A stretch of DNA of 53,573 bases, the filler included, from Sphacelaria rigidula (lineage: Eukaryota): assembly GCA_964200075.2 (NCBI GenBank). It is 5 parts of 5 records of this genome, joined end to end, with 100 filler letters (N's around TTAATTAATTAA, not from the genome) between each part and the next. Parts side by side here need not be neighbours in the genome. Positions count along the whole stretch, not along the records: positions 21,473 to 32,107 come from CAXNAA020006167.1; positions 32,208 to 42,840 come from CAXNAA020006168.1; 3 more parts are not named here. One strand, given 5' to 3'. The notes under the pieces were generated by a model. It had not been told where the DNA came from and made no database searches. It worked only from the letters and a program-made list of their open reading frames with translations. Of this stretch, positions 25,101-36,163 are shown one piece after another. The position numbers and the translations under genes were made by a program. Every line of letters begins with the position of its first letter. Position 1 is the first letter of the stretch.

Positions 25101-28100
25101 TGCAAATCTCAAATCCGCCTCTAGGCTGGCCCAGCTCGTATGAAGGAATTGCCTGTCATTTCAGCTTCACTTGCGATGAGCATCCCTGCCAATATCGTCC
25201 ATAACCCCAGCGTACGTGCGCCAGTCACACTGATGAATCAGGCGCATGAAGGTCACTTGAAGGCGACTTGAAGTTTCATGTTGCATGTCCTCCGAAACAC
25301 CCCAGTCTGATGTTGCCATGTTGCCATGTGGCATTATGGACCACCACTATTGATAGTAGGTAAGGAACCAATACTTTATTTCGATGTAGTGGGGGACTTG
25401 ACCGTTTGCTCCCTGCCCGGTACCGGTCGCCGCTCGTTAGTTGTCCAAGTGACGTAAGGGTGTTGACACCATGTTATTTTCACTTTCGTCGTTGCAGGCG
25501 TCTGATTCGTACAAGGCAAATTTGCTAAAGGCTCAAGCTGCAGCGGAGGCAGGGGCGGACTCTTCAGGCGCTGTGGAAACACACATAGATGGAGTTACGG
25601 CGCTCATGGTGGCGGCTGTGGGTGGACATATGGTGAACCAACATTAATAGTCAGGATCGAGATTGCCTCAACAGAGGCAGTCAGTCGACGGTCATGCTCG
25701 AGTACCAAGCCTAGGCCTCTGTATCGCACATCGCACACTCATTGCCCCCACGGAATTTGTTGACGAAAGCTTATAAACGCTGTTATTCCCTTTCTTTAGT
25801 TTCGGTGGTGGTGTGGTGGGGATGGATGTTGGCAGTGCCCTTGTTCTGTTCTACAAGCGTTTTTCCTGTTTCCGCGTGTGGCCGGCAGTGTTTCTAGACA
25901 GTGTTAGTAGACACCATAGAAGAGAACGTTGTACGGTGTACGGAATACCATGACAAGGGGTACGCTCGTTCCGTGGTCGGGATGGTGCACATCAATGTTC
26001 GTGTTCGCAACCTTTTGCTTTTGTTTTTCATTTATTCTTGTTTGTCGCACTTGGAACCCCTCCCCTTCCTCGGGATGAGTCCGTGGTCTGTCTAATGGTC
26101 TAATGGCCTAATGGTCTCAAGGCATCAATCAAGCCATCTCTCCCCGGTACACGCCTTGTATTTTGATCTCACGGATTGGATCATGACCGTCAGCACTTCG
26201 GCACCGCGTCAGTTCTTGTCAAACAAACTCATGAGTCAACTACTTTCGGTTTACTCACGCTCTCATGATTTCGACGGTGGGAATTAGATACTTGCAGAAA
26301 ACAAGTTACTGGAGGTCGACAGCCGTGCCATGTAACCCTCACGTGGACCATGCTCAGCTACTCATGTTGATCAGATGTGATGCTGCGCGATTTTCATGTG
26401 AATATCTTGATGGGATGGCTTTTGCCAATGCAGGACGTCATGCGTGCGCTTGTCGAGGCTGGGGCAGATGTGCGAGCAGAAGACGAGCAGGGGTTCACAG
26501 CGTTGCTCAATGCTGTCAAGGTGAGAAGGAGCTTGGAGCAAGACCATGCAGATATAGGCCAGGGTAACCCTACCTGTAGATGTACTCGTGGACCCATTTG
26601 CTTCAGTTGGAGCTTATCCGATAGGAAAATATTTGAAGTCGGTCAGGATGTACTCATGCTCTACCCTCTGCTTCATCACCTGTCCAATGTGGCATATTTT
26701 ATTCACCCGTTTCCCCTGCACATTTTATTCTGGATCTGTTTCTGACGAAAGGGAAACTTCGGGGATGCAGCGTCTTATCTGGTGGAGAAAGGGGCAGACG
26801 CCAACGACGTGTACGTGGATGAGAGTGGTGATCGACACTCCCTTCTCATGGACGCCATCATAGTGGAGAACGTACCTTTCGCGGAGTTGCTGGTGAAGCA
26901 TGGAGCGAATGTCAACGTGACGGACGAGCAAGGGGTGACCACTTTGATACAGGTCAGTCAGTAGTCATCTTGTGGTGTAGGATGGGAGATGGTGTGCGAT
27001 TGTTTTTTGGGAAAATGCTTTGCAAGCTTTCCTGAACGTGAGGTGTGATTCTTGACTGGGATATTCTCCAGTGGCAAGAGATGTTTGCAACGTATGTTGT
27101 CTCCTACGCGTAGTGTCCAGTTGCCACGCGGGTTGCTGGCAAAGCCTAGACTGGTCGTTGTGTGTTGTTTTCTAGCGGGCGTTTATGGTCAGTGGTATCA
27201 TGTGTCGATGATTTCGTTATATTTCATACCCTGGACAATATATGGTCAACAGTTGCAATCAGACACGAAACGTACTGCACAAAGTATAGGCCTCATGCAC
27301 CTATTGCCTGCCGGCAGTGGTTACAATAGGCAGCCAGTAATAGTCTGCAATTGTCCCATACTTTACGCAGTACATTTTGTGTTTATTGCACCTTTTGACC
27401 ATAAATTGTCCAGGGTGTGTTGTATTTATTGCGACGTGGCCGATTGAGCACTCCCGCTCGCTCGTGGAGGGCCATTCATGATCTGGAGTTGACGGCGAAG
27501 GATTATTTTATTCAGGATATCGTGATTTTTCCGTACGAGTATACGCTTTCAAGGGCAGGTCGGGTAGTGTTACTCAATACTCGGTATTTTCGAAAAGTCA
27601 TTTTCTTAGTACCCAAAATTTGGGTAGAGTACCGTAATTGTGCGAGTCATCGCACACCCCCTGGACCGATTTTCAAAGCTCGATTACTCCGTGACGAAGA
27701 GGGTGCCAACACCAAACGACGCGTTTTCGGACAGCGATCGACGAGATCTTTCCAGCGTCGCCCCTTTCAGAACTGATGCCCTTCTTGCTGTGGAGTAATT
27801 GAGCTTTGAAATTCGATCCACGTGAGGTCATACTCAATCTACCCAAATTTTGGGTGGAGCATTGAGGTCACCCAAGTGATGCTCTGTACTCACGTATTGC
27901 GGGGAGCACTTACCCAATATTGGGTAAAGTATTGAGGTCATACCCCAGTGATACCCTATACCTTGGTATTGCTAAGAGTGCTTACCCAATATTGGGCAGA
28001 GTATTTGAGGTCATGCTCAATCTACCCAAAAGTTGGGTAGAGCTTTGAGGTCATACTCAAGTGACACTCTATACCCAGGTGTTGCTAAAAGTGCTTACCC

Positions 28101-29002
28101 CCAATATTGAGTAGAGTATTTGAGGCCGTACCCGACCTACCCAAAATTTTGGTCGAGTATATGAGATCGTACCCAATCAACCCATACGTTGGGTAGAGTG
28201 AATACCCGAGTATTTTACCCGAGTATTCAAAAGTACATAGCCTACCCGACCTGCCCTTGTACGCTTCCCATTGCGCTACGTGGATGTACAGTCACGTTTC
28301 ACCGAGTTTGTTCGGAAATCTTATGCAATCTTCAACGTCACTGATTGATGGGCGAGTTTTCGAAGGAAGAAGCACGTCCTCACACCACGGGGAGCAAGGT
28401 CTCATTCGTTCTAATACTTGGGTATAATAGCAGACTAGCAGACTAGCAGACTAGCTGACTTGGATGGAAAAAAACTTGTTTGTTACAGTAGTTTCGTCAG
28501 TCAGTATTAGCACCTGTCCGCAAAGAACCAAAGAGCCGCGAAAAATTGCTTGTGAAAGCTCCGAGTACTGTTCTGACCACAAGGTGGACATGATGAACGT
28601 TTGCCTGATTTCTCGCCGTTCCTGTTGATGACTATGACCACCGTCCTATGGCCGGTCGCCCCGATGGCTCACTTGGTACTTCAAAAACCTCGAAAACCTT
28701 CTGATGTTAGGGTCGTGGGTTCGAATCACGGTGAAGTCACGTGATCTGGCATTTGTTTCCACACCACGCCCAACAGTGATGACCGACCATGTCGTGGGTA
28801 CACAAAGTTCGACTTGACGGTCGACGAGGGTTAGGGACCGTTGAACTCCTCTCGCGATAAAAAAATCAGGCAAGCACCTCAGATGGAAGATGGTGTACTT
28901 GAATTAAAAAATGTTCCTGTGTTGGCCTTCCTCCTGTATGACCCGGGCTGATACGCCCATATATATCGAAAGGTGTAGACTGGCGTGAAGAATAGATGGG
29001 AT

Positions 29003-29051
<49 letters not shown>

Positions 29052-31107
29052 TCCTAACCGCCGGCGTTGTACGTGGTATTTTAGGCCGCACATCGTGGTA
29101 TGGAAAGCATATGCGAATTGGTAGTGGAGAATGGCGTGGACGTGGCTGCAAAGTCTGATGACGGGATCACCGCCCTCATCGCTGCGGCAAGCGAAGGGCA
29201 CGCCTCAATCGTGGATCTGTTGCTGGGAAAGGCGAAGGCAGAACCTGATGCGCAGGACAAGGTAATGCTCCTGTGGTCGGTGGTAATCGTTCATGTCCTT
29301 GGTTCATGGGTGGCGAGATGGTTGTGTAGTGTAGTGTAGTGTACAGTGTTCTAATTCCCTCGACGATGCGGCCGCAAATGTGACTCACCAAATTTGATGA
29401 TTGACTTTGAGAACTCCGCAAACGTTGTGTACACACGAGGCTGGTATCTATACCTTGATATACTTTGGCTTGATGGCGTCATGATGGCGTCGTGAAGCGT
29501 ACAACATGAGAGAGGGGAGAGGGGAGAGGATACGAAGTCACCGATGTTTGTTCTTGCAAACATCTTGTGTTTGACACTGACACGACATGGCGCAACGTGC
29601 GCGTTTCAGAGTTGCTTTTTTCGACTTACCAGTTACGCCTCCGAAGTATCATCCATGCACTGAATGAGGAATTGACGTGAATCGATAGGATGGCACGACG
29701 GCGCTGATGGCAGCGTCTGTTCGAGGGCACAAAGCAGCGGTCGATGCTCTCATCAACCATGGGGCCAGCGTGGACCTGCAGAATTGTGACGGGCATACAG
29801 CTCTTATGTTTGCGTACAACGGAAGGAATCAGGTGAGAATCTTGTGGGATTTAAAGCACATGATCGAATTTTGCTGTATCGCAACGATGGATGATTGGAT
29901 TCGAGTTTGCCCCTCTCTGTTGCTAGCAGCCTTGTGTGTGAGGTCGAGTCTTACCAAAGAAATATGGTGTCGAAAACGTGCGGTGGAATGGAGTTGGCTC
30001 GTATCTGATACGTCTGCCACGGCATTTATGTTCTCAGATGGCTTCAAGTCCAATTTACAATTATTTTTGCGCGATCGGGAGGATGAAGAACTGAAGAACT
30101 TAGCTTGTTTTTATCGAAAACACGCAGTGGAAAAGAACGAAGGGGCACTTCACTCTCGTCTCGCAGACCTCACGCAATGCTATCAACAACGAACGTCAGC
30201 CTTCAGCATATCGCCAGCGTAGATCACGGGTTGAGCACAGTGTAGACACACTGCAGTAAGTGGAAAACGACTCTATAATAACCCTCTGCGCATGATTTGT
30301 TCATTTTTTGCTGGCGAAAACTTGAGCACCTTCGTTTATTGCAGGGGTTAGAGATGGAACTGCGTGGTAGGGTGGGCGACCGACTTGTGTACACGCTCAT
30401 GGACAGTACAGGCATGCGCGGTGCAAGACTGCACGTTGTTCAAATCTTCTTCACATGCTCCTCTATGCAGAGACTATGGAAAATACTGTGGTGTCTGTAG
30501 TGCACATCGCCCCCTAATTCCTCACATCCCACTGTACGAAACACGAAACACGAAACACGAAACACGATGTAAGGACACTAGACAAGAGTACTGTATCGTC
30601 TATACGGCATACAAGTGAACAAGTACCGCTGCACGACTTCTAGCGTATTTTTCGATTGAAAGCTTGCAGATTCACTCGGACCCAAACCGGGCACAACAAA
30701 CGAGTTCATTTCCGCTGCACCAAATCGCTCGACATGAAAAAAGGTTTGATGAGACACGGTCTGACAGCTAGTAATAGTCTGATCAGTGCCGCCCTCCTTT
30801 GGCGGTGGGGCTGACAGGCCACCTGCTGCAATAAGGACCACTGTGTGATACCATGATACTAAATCAAGGTAAGAAACACTGTTCGAAGTAAATGGATCGT
30901 GAACATTGTTGCTGACTTGAGAGATGAAAAATTTGCATCTGACACGGCTTTTGCGGTTGACACGATCGTTCACGCTCTTGTTTTTTTTCGACCCTTCTGA
31001 CTCAACGCGTTCGTGCGCAGGTGGCAGCACTACTGTCTCGATACTTGGACTACGTTGGAGGCAAAGAGGACGACGTGAACGCCAATATCATTAGAGATTC
31101 ACTCCAG
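22130..31107 (+). CDS. Multi-exon ankyrin-repeat protein, partial at both ends (12 exons, 498 aa visible)
   Basis: Phase-compatible GT-AG exons: 22130-22257, 22699-22795, 23064-23147, 23364-23444, 23736-23858, 24117-24266, 25498-25632, 26434-26520, 26752-26952, 29085-29261, 29689-29832, 31021-31107. The motif DG.T.LM.AA..GH..VV..LL..GAD.N recurs, e.g. DGLTALMNAAEIG, ETGFTSLILAAAGGHLEVV, DGTTALMAASVRGH. Confidence 0.93.
24293..25138. mobile_element. Tc1/mariner-type non-autonomous element (TA target duplication) in an ankyrin-gene intron
   Basis: TA|CGAGCTGGGCCGGCCTGAAAACGGATTT ... AAATCCGCCTCTAGGCTGGCCCAGCTCG|TA; no coding capacity. Confidence 0.8.
24836..25099. repeat. Long near-perfect inverted repeat (~110-bp arms, 41-nt loop)
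   Basis: Arm 24836-24945 (gcccatgctcccgcgagtatttagagttggaccctgaaatttggtatggacaatgaaaagggcatgaaa...) is the reverse complement of 24987-25099. The outer ~65 bp appear perfectly paired. Confidence 0.92.
27550..28259. mobile_element. hAT-type MITE with internal palindromic subterminal repeats
   Basis: Perfect 18-bp TIR CAAGGGCAGGTCGGGTAG / CTACCCGACCTGCCCTTG. The flanks tacgcttt and tacgcttc form an 8-bp TSD with one mismatch. Internal repeated units read gaggtcatac...tacccaa(n)ttgggtagag. Confidence 0.88.
28654..29049 (+). mobile_element. tRNA-derived SINE with (CA)n tail
   Basis: Head GGTCGCCCCGATGGCTCACTTGG...GGGTTCGAATC; the body is shared with the copy at 14414; the CA microsatellite tail is ~46 nt. 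Confidence 0.8.
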
Positions 31108-31129
31108 GTGTGCTTGGAATCTCGTTTAA

Positions 31130-31600
31130 TGATTGATTGATTGATTGATTGACTGATTGATTATCTCACATTAGCTGATTGCAACAATCCAGCCCGTGGT
31201 CAGGAGCGGCGAAAATAGAATGGAATAATAAAAGAAATACAATGAAGAAAGAAAGGAACAGAAAAACGACAGAAGCAACGGCCTCAGGAAAGAAAGAAAG
31301 GGGGCAGCGATAACAACAACAAACAAGAGCAGTAACAACAAACAAGAACAGTAACAACAAACAAGAGCAGTAACAACAAAATAACGACAATGACAAAGAC
31401 AAACATAAGCACAAACAAAGCCAAGAAGGGTGATGATGGTGCATTACGTAGCTGATTGCAACACTCCAGCTCGTAATAGAAACAAAAAGGAGAAACATGA
31501 AAAAAATGAAAGAAGAATGAGAGAAAAATGAAAGAAAGGAAGAAAAAATAACAATAGAATGTAAAAAAAAGAGAATGCAATAGACAAGATATGATGCATG
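31130..31600. repeat. Low-complexity A-rich (TGAT)n/AAC/GAA region with a ~27-bp direct repeat
   Basis: (TGAT)n run; tagctgattgcaaca(a/c)tccagc(c/t)cgt at ~31172 and ~31449; repeated agagcagtaacaacaaa. Confidence 0.6.
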
Positions 31601-32107
31601 ATGCTGTATGGTAGTCAACACCTTTGTTGAGCGAATTTTGTAATGTATTCGTAGTTAGTCGGGGTTTTTTTTCAGTTTTTTCAGTGTTTGTTCGCCACTG
31701 CTCATAATTACAGTCAACGTTTCATCCCCCAATTTTTGGGAATCAGGAGGTATTGGTATCCGGTCCACACTCCCAAGAGAAAGCATTTCTGCAATCAATA
31801 TTGAACGGCTTACGGACTGACCCGGTCCCAGGAGATTTTCGGAGATTTTGCCACTACGCTGTACACTGCCCCGGTTTCCCGTTCCTGTGACTCTACCCGT
31901 CAACACCTTCGCTCGCTGGAACCAATCCCGATCGTTCTCGAGTACAATCAGAGAAGTTGTATTTTTTTCGAAGTTTTACTCATTGACTGCTATTGATCGT
32001 GCTGGAGCTGAAAACACTGTAATTTGGACCATTAATGGCCAGTAAGCCCCCACCCCCGCCCACCTCCGGACGACGCCGCTGCGCGGGAAGTGCTGGAAGA
32101 AGTCGGC

Positions 32108-32207
32108 NNNNNNNNNNNNNNNNNNNNNNNNNNNNNNNNNNNNNNNNNNNNTTAATTAATTAANNNNNNNNNNNNNNNNNNNNNNNNNNNNNNNNNNNNN
32201 NNNNNNN
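32108..32207. other. Artificial contig linker
   Basis: 44N-TTAATTAATTAA-44N. Confidence 0.98.
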
Positions 32208-33430
32208 CATCGCCGCCGGTTGATTCAGGCCCACCACCAGCCACGTACATTTACTGTCGAGAAATATGCCGCCGCTGCTGCTGCTGCTGCTGCTGCCGCT
32301 GCTTCTCGTGCGGACGGTCCACGGCACTCGACAGCCCCCGGCATACACACAAGAGTTAGAGAACCTAGTTTGATATTTTGCTGACGTCGCGTCAACGGCC
32401 CGAAAATTTCCCCTCAGAGCGGAAAACACCCTTTTAGTACATTTGGGTTATTTGCGAGTCAGCATCACGCTCAAACGCGAAAACTAAACTAGGCGACGTA
32501 GCTTGAGTGTGTGGGAAGTGCGCGCAAGAAACCGCAGTCCAATCCCCCGCTTCGGTGTCGAGTTGTAAGCGTTGCGCGATTAGCACTTTTGGGTTAAGGA
32601 TCAGTAGCATCTTTCGAGGTCGAAGATGGCAAATTAAAGAAACTCGGTGCGCATGGCGAGTATCCTTTGAAGTGTCGAACTACAGAGAGAGAGTTGACAG
32701 AAGAAAGACAAAGCTGGCGGCTGCTTCATGTCAGGGCTCCAGTGCAGAAGTCAAGGCGTCGAGAGCAATTTTAGCACGAGTATGTGCGTTACATCTGCTG
32801 GCGACCGCGGTCATGTATTTAGTAACTGTCTGTATATACTGTTAATAGTATCGGAATGAGATGCAAACTATGCGATGTTAGACAACGGTTCCAGCGGAAA
32901 AGCTAAGGCGCAAAGAGTGATTTTGATTTCAGACTGCTCACCGTGTATGCCCAGGTCCGCAGAGCCACGGTGTTCAAATTGTTCAAATTCACTGCAGTTA
33001 CGTTGGTGTGTAGCGGCCACAACAGCTGCTGTTCGTGCTCTTGTCTTGTTGTCTTCGCAATGACGGTAAACGTGGGGTGGCAGCTCGGGGGCGTGTGCTT
33101 CCCGACTGGTACAGACAAAGGCAGGACACTCGCTAGTGCAACAAGATTGTCCATCTACTGATGTGGAGCGAGCTTTCCGGAGGAACAAAATCACCTCAAT
33201 ACCGACCACTCCCAGGCTTGAATAAATGTACTAGAAATATACTTAATTTCTTATGAGCCAAATCGTCATCTGGAGGTGACGCGTGTATTTCCCGTTGATA
33301 TGATTCATGGATTACCGGCCACCTCTGACGCATGGAGCGCTCAGCTTGCACTTTCCATGAATATAGTACCGAAAATCTGCAATTCCTATCCATAACTGTA
33401 CCGTCTAATTTTGGCCAAAAACGAAACTGT

Positions 33431-33625
33431 TGTAATGCGTGAGAGGACCGCGTGCTTGGAGGACCGCGTCGGAAGTGGAACATCCCCTTAGGGTTAGGGT
33501 TAGTGTTGGGGTCAGGGCCGTGGTACCTGCAGGGACTAGCCCGATAGGTTTTGGAAAACGTCGATACTGAGGTGTTTCGGGCTACGGTGCGGTCCTCTAA
33601 GCACGTGGTCCTCTCACGCACTACA
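33431..33625. mobile_element. ~200-bp MITE with TGT...ACA termini and internal TTAGGG repeats, copy 1
   Basis: ~37-bp TIR tgtaatgcgtgagaggaccgcgtgcttggaggaccgc / gcggtcctctaagcacgtggtcctctcacgcactaca, flanked by ctgt on both sides; internal ttagggttagggttagtgttgggg. Confidence 0.85.
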
Positions 33626-34585
33626 CTGTGACCTACGGAAAACGTAAAGGTGCTCTGGAACGGTCTCAGGTGTCAACATCCGCTGAGCCCTCTTTTCGGG
33701 GCAAAAACGACGGAGAAGGGTCAAAAAAGCACTTTTCAACAAGTTATATTTTTTTCGATACATACCAAGTATAACAAGTAGCCTGAAAAAGAGAAAGGAA
33801 GATAGAAAATTGGAAGCGCGATTGCGAAGCAGAGCAATCTAATAAAAGTACAGACTGAAGAAAGGTTCGTGCAAAGATTGCAGCATGCTTGCTTTTCGTC
33901 ACTTATATGCGCAGATACACCCACCACACCACCAGCTTTAGACGTCGCAGCAAGTGAGTAGGTCGCTACTGGATTGTTTCTGCTCCTCACTTCGAAGGTA
34001 CGTGAGTTCGCAAACGACGACCACCGTGCTTGACCCCAACAGCTCCACTACCGCTGCCGACGCACACACCGTCGAAGAAGATGGACACCGCCAACCCACG
34101 GTGCTTTTTATTCGACGACATGGCCCAGGGTGTCACTGTTACGGTAGCGAATAGTTAACAGAAGTGGATGCATAGGGGTAAAACTGCACACAAGTGTGAT
34201 CCCGTCAACAAACACCTGTTTCGTAGCGCTACCGAAACCATCAAGCCAGCTGTAGACGCAATCATATTAGTATCACCGCGACACAGAGGTAACTTGGATA
34301 TATCAAATAAAACTTGAAGAGTGTAGCTTTCGTCAGGTGCCCGTCGCGTATGCAGAAAGCAAACACAAGTTGCGGTAGCGCATGCCGAAAACGAGCAATA
34401 CGTTTCTACGGGGGAGTACTTTTTTCGAGCTCGTTTTTCAGCATCAAACCGTAGAATTAGTTTCAATAGACAGCCATGGACAAGACAGTTTGAATGATCC
34501 TCTCAGATTTGGAATCAGCGTCCGCAATCTCGAGATATGGACACTTAAAGAGGGGCACCTGGGGTAAACGAGTACCTGATTCGGT

Positions 34586-36020
34586 CCAAGGGGAACATGG
34601 ATATGAAGGCATAACTTATGACAAAAATATTATTTTTCTGCTTTGTTTTCCCCTGCGTGACACCCTTATTGATGCGGTTCTTTCAAGCCATCGGTTGTTA
34701 TATCACAATCAAGTTTGACGATTCTAGAGTAAAACATTCGTTCAGACTCTTACCCCGAGCCAGCCCAAGGGTAACGTCCAAAATCGTGGATATGAAGGCA
34801 TAACTCATCACGAATATGTTTGTTTTTCGTTTTGATTTCTCCTGCATGACACTCTTACCCATACGGATTTTTCAAGCCGTCAGTTGTTATAGCCCAATCA
34901 CAATTGACTATTCTAGAGTAAAACATCCGTTCATACTTTAACCCCGAGCCAGCCCAAGGGTAACGTCCAAAATCATGGATATTCCGGTATGACTCATTAC
35001 GAAAATGTCTTGTCGTCGTTTTTTCTTCTCCTGCGTTACACCCTTATCCATACGGTTCTTTCAAGCCATTGGTTGTTATATTCCAATCACACTTGACGAT
35101 TCTACAGTAAAATATTCGTTCAGACTCTTACCACGAGCCAGCCCAAGGGTATAACGTCCAAAATCATGGATATTACGGCATAACTCATTACGAAAATGTT
35201 TTTTGTTTCCTTCTTTTGCGTGGCACCCTTATTCATACGGTTCTTTCAAGCCATCGGTTGTTATGTCCCCATCACAATTTACGATTCTAGAGTAACATAT
35301 TCGTCCAGACTCTTACTCCGAGCCAGCCCAAGGGTATAACGTCCGAAACCACGGATATTACGGCATAACTCACGACAAAAATGATGTTTCCCTCGTTTTT
35401 TCTTCTCCTGCTTGGCACCCTTATCCAAACGGCTTTTTCAAGCCACCGTTTGTTATATCCCCATCACAGTTGACGATTCTACAGTAAAATATTCGTCCAG
35501 ACTCTTACCCGAGCCAGCCCAAGTGTAACGTCCAAAATCATGGATATGATGGTATAACTCATCACGAACATATATATATATATATATATGTATTCGTTTT
35601 TTCTTCTCTGACACCCTCATTGATGCGGTTCTTTCAAGCCATCGTTTGTTATATTCCAATCACAGTTGACGATTCTACAGTGAACTATTCGTTCAGATTC
35701 TTGCCACGAGCCAGCCCAAGGGTAACGTCCAAAATCGTGTGTATGAAGGCATAACTCAAAACGAATATATATATATATATATACATCATTTCGTCTTCTC
35801 CTGCGTGACACTTTTATCCACACTGCTCTTTCAAGCCATCAGTTGCTATATCTCAATCACAGTTGGCGATTCTATGGTGGAATATTCGTTCAGACTTTTA
35901 CCCCGAGCAAGCCCAAGGGTAACGTCCAAAATCATGGATATTACGGCATAACTCATTACGAGAATGTTCCCCCCCCGTTTTGTCCTCTCCTACGTGACAC
36001 CCTTGTTGATGCGGGTTTCT
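34586..36020. repeat. Tandem array of ~185-200 bp units (7 full + 1 partial)
   Basis: The anchor gccagcccaagggtaacgtccaaaatc recurs near 34758, 34948, 35137, 35322, 35512, 35709 and 35908. The conserved core is ...ttcaagccatcggttgttatat...gacgattctagagtaaaa.attcgttcagactctta... Confidence 0.95.
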
Positions 36021-36111
36021 TTTTAAGTTATAGAACGTTCCAGTCACCCAAAAAATGGAGTATTTGGCGTCGAGCCTTCACTAACTATGCGCCTGGCGTG
36101 CTCTCAGGCCA

Positions 36112-36163
36112 GCGCTGCGAAGTGTTGCGCTGCGAAGTGTTGCGCTGCGAAGTGTTGCGCTGC
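36112..36163. repeat. 15-bp minisatellite (GCGCTGCGAAGTGTT) x3.5
   Basis: Exact tandem copies. Confidence 0.9.

Noticed and set aside
1375..31107. Functional cluster of RSH, class V enzyme, peroxin, CHMP1 and ankyrin genes
   Set aside because: The genes lie on three size-sorted, unlinked contigs. Only the class V, PEX26-like and CHMP1 genes are physically linked, and they share no evident pathway.
31166..31621. 151-aa hydrophobic ORF resembling a membrane protein
   Set aside because: It is a translation of low-complexity T-rich repeats on the strand opposite the ankyrin-gene intron.
34586..36020. CRISPR-like array (conserved repeat plus variable segment)
   Set aside because: The conserved part is ~160 bp and diverged between units, the variable slots are low-complexity variants rather than unique spacers, there are no cas genes, and the context is eukaryotic.
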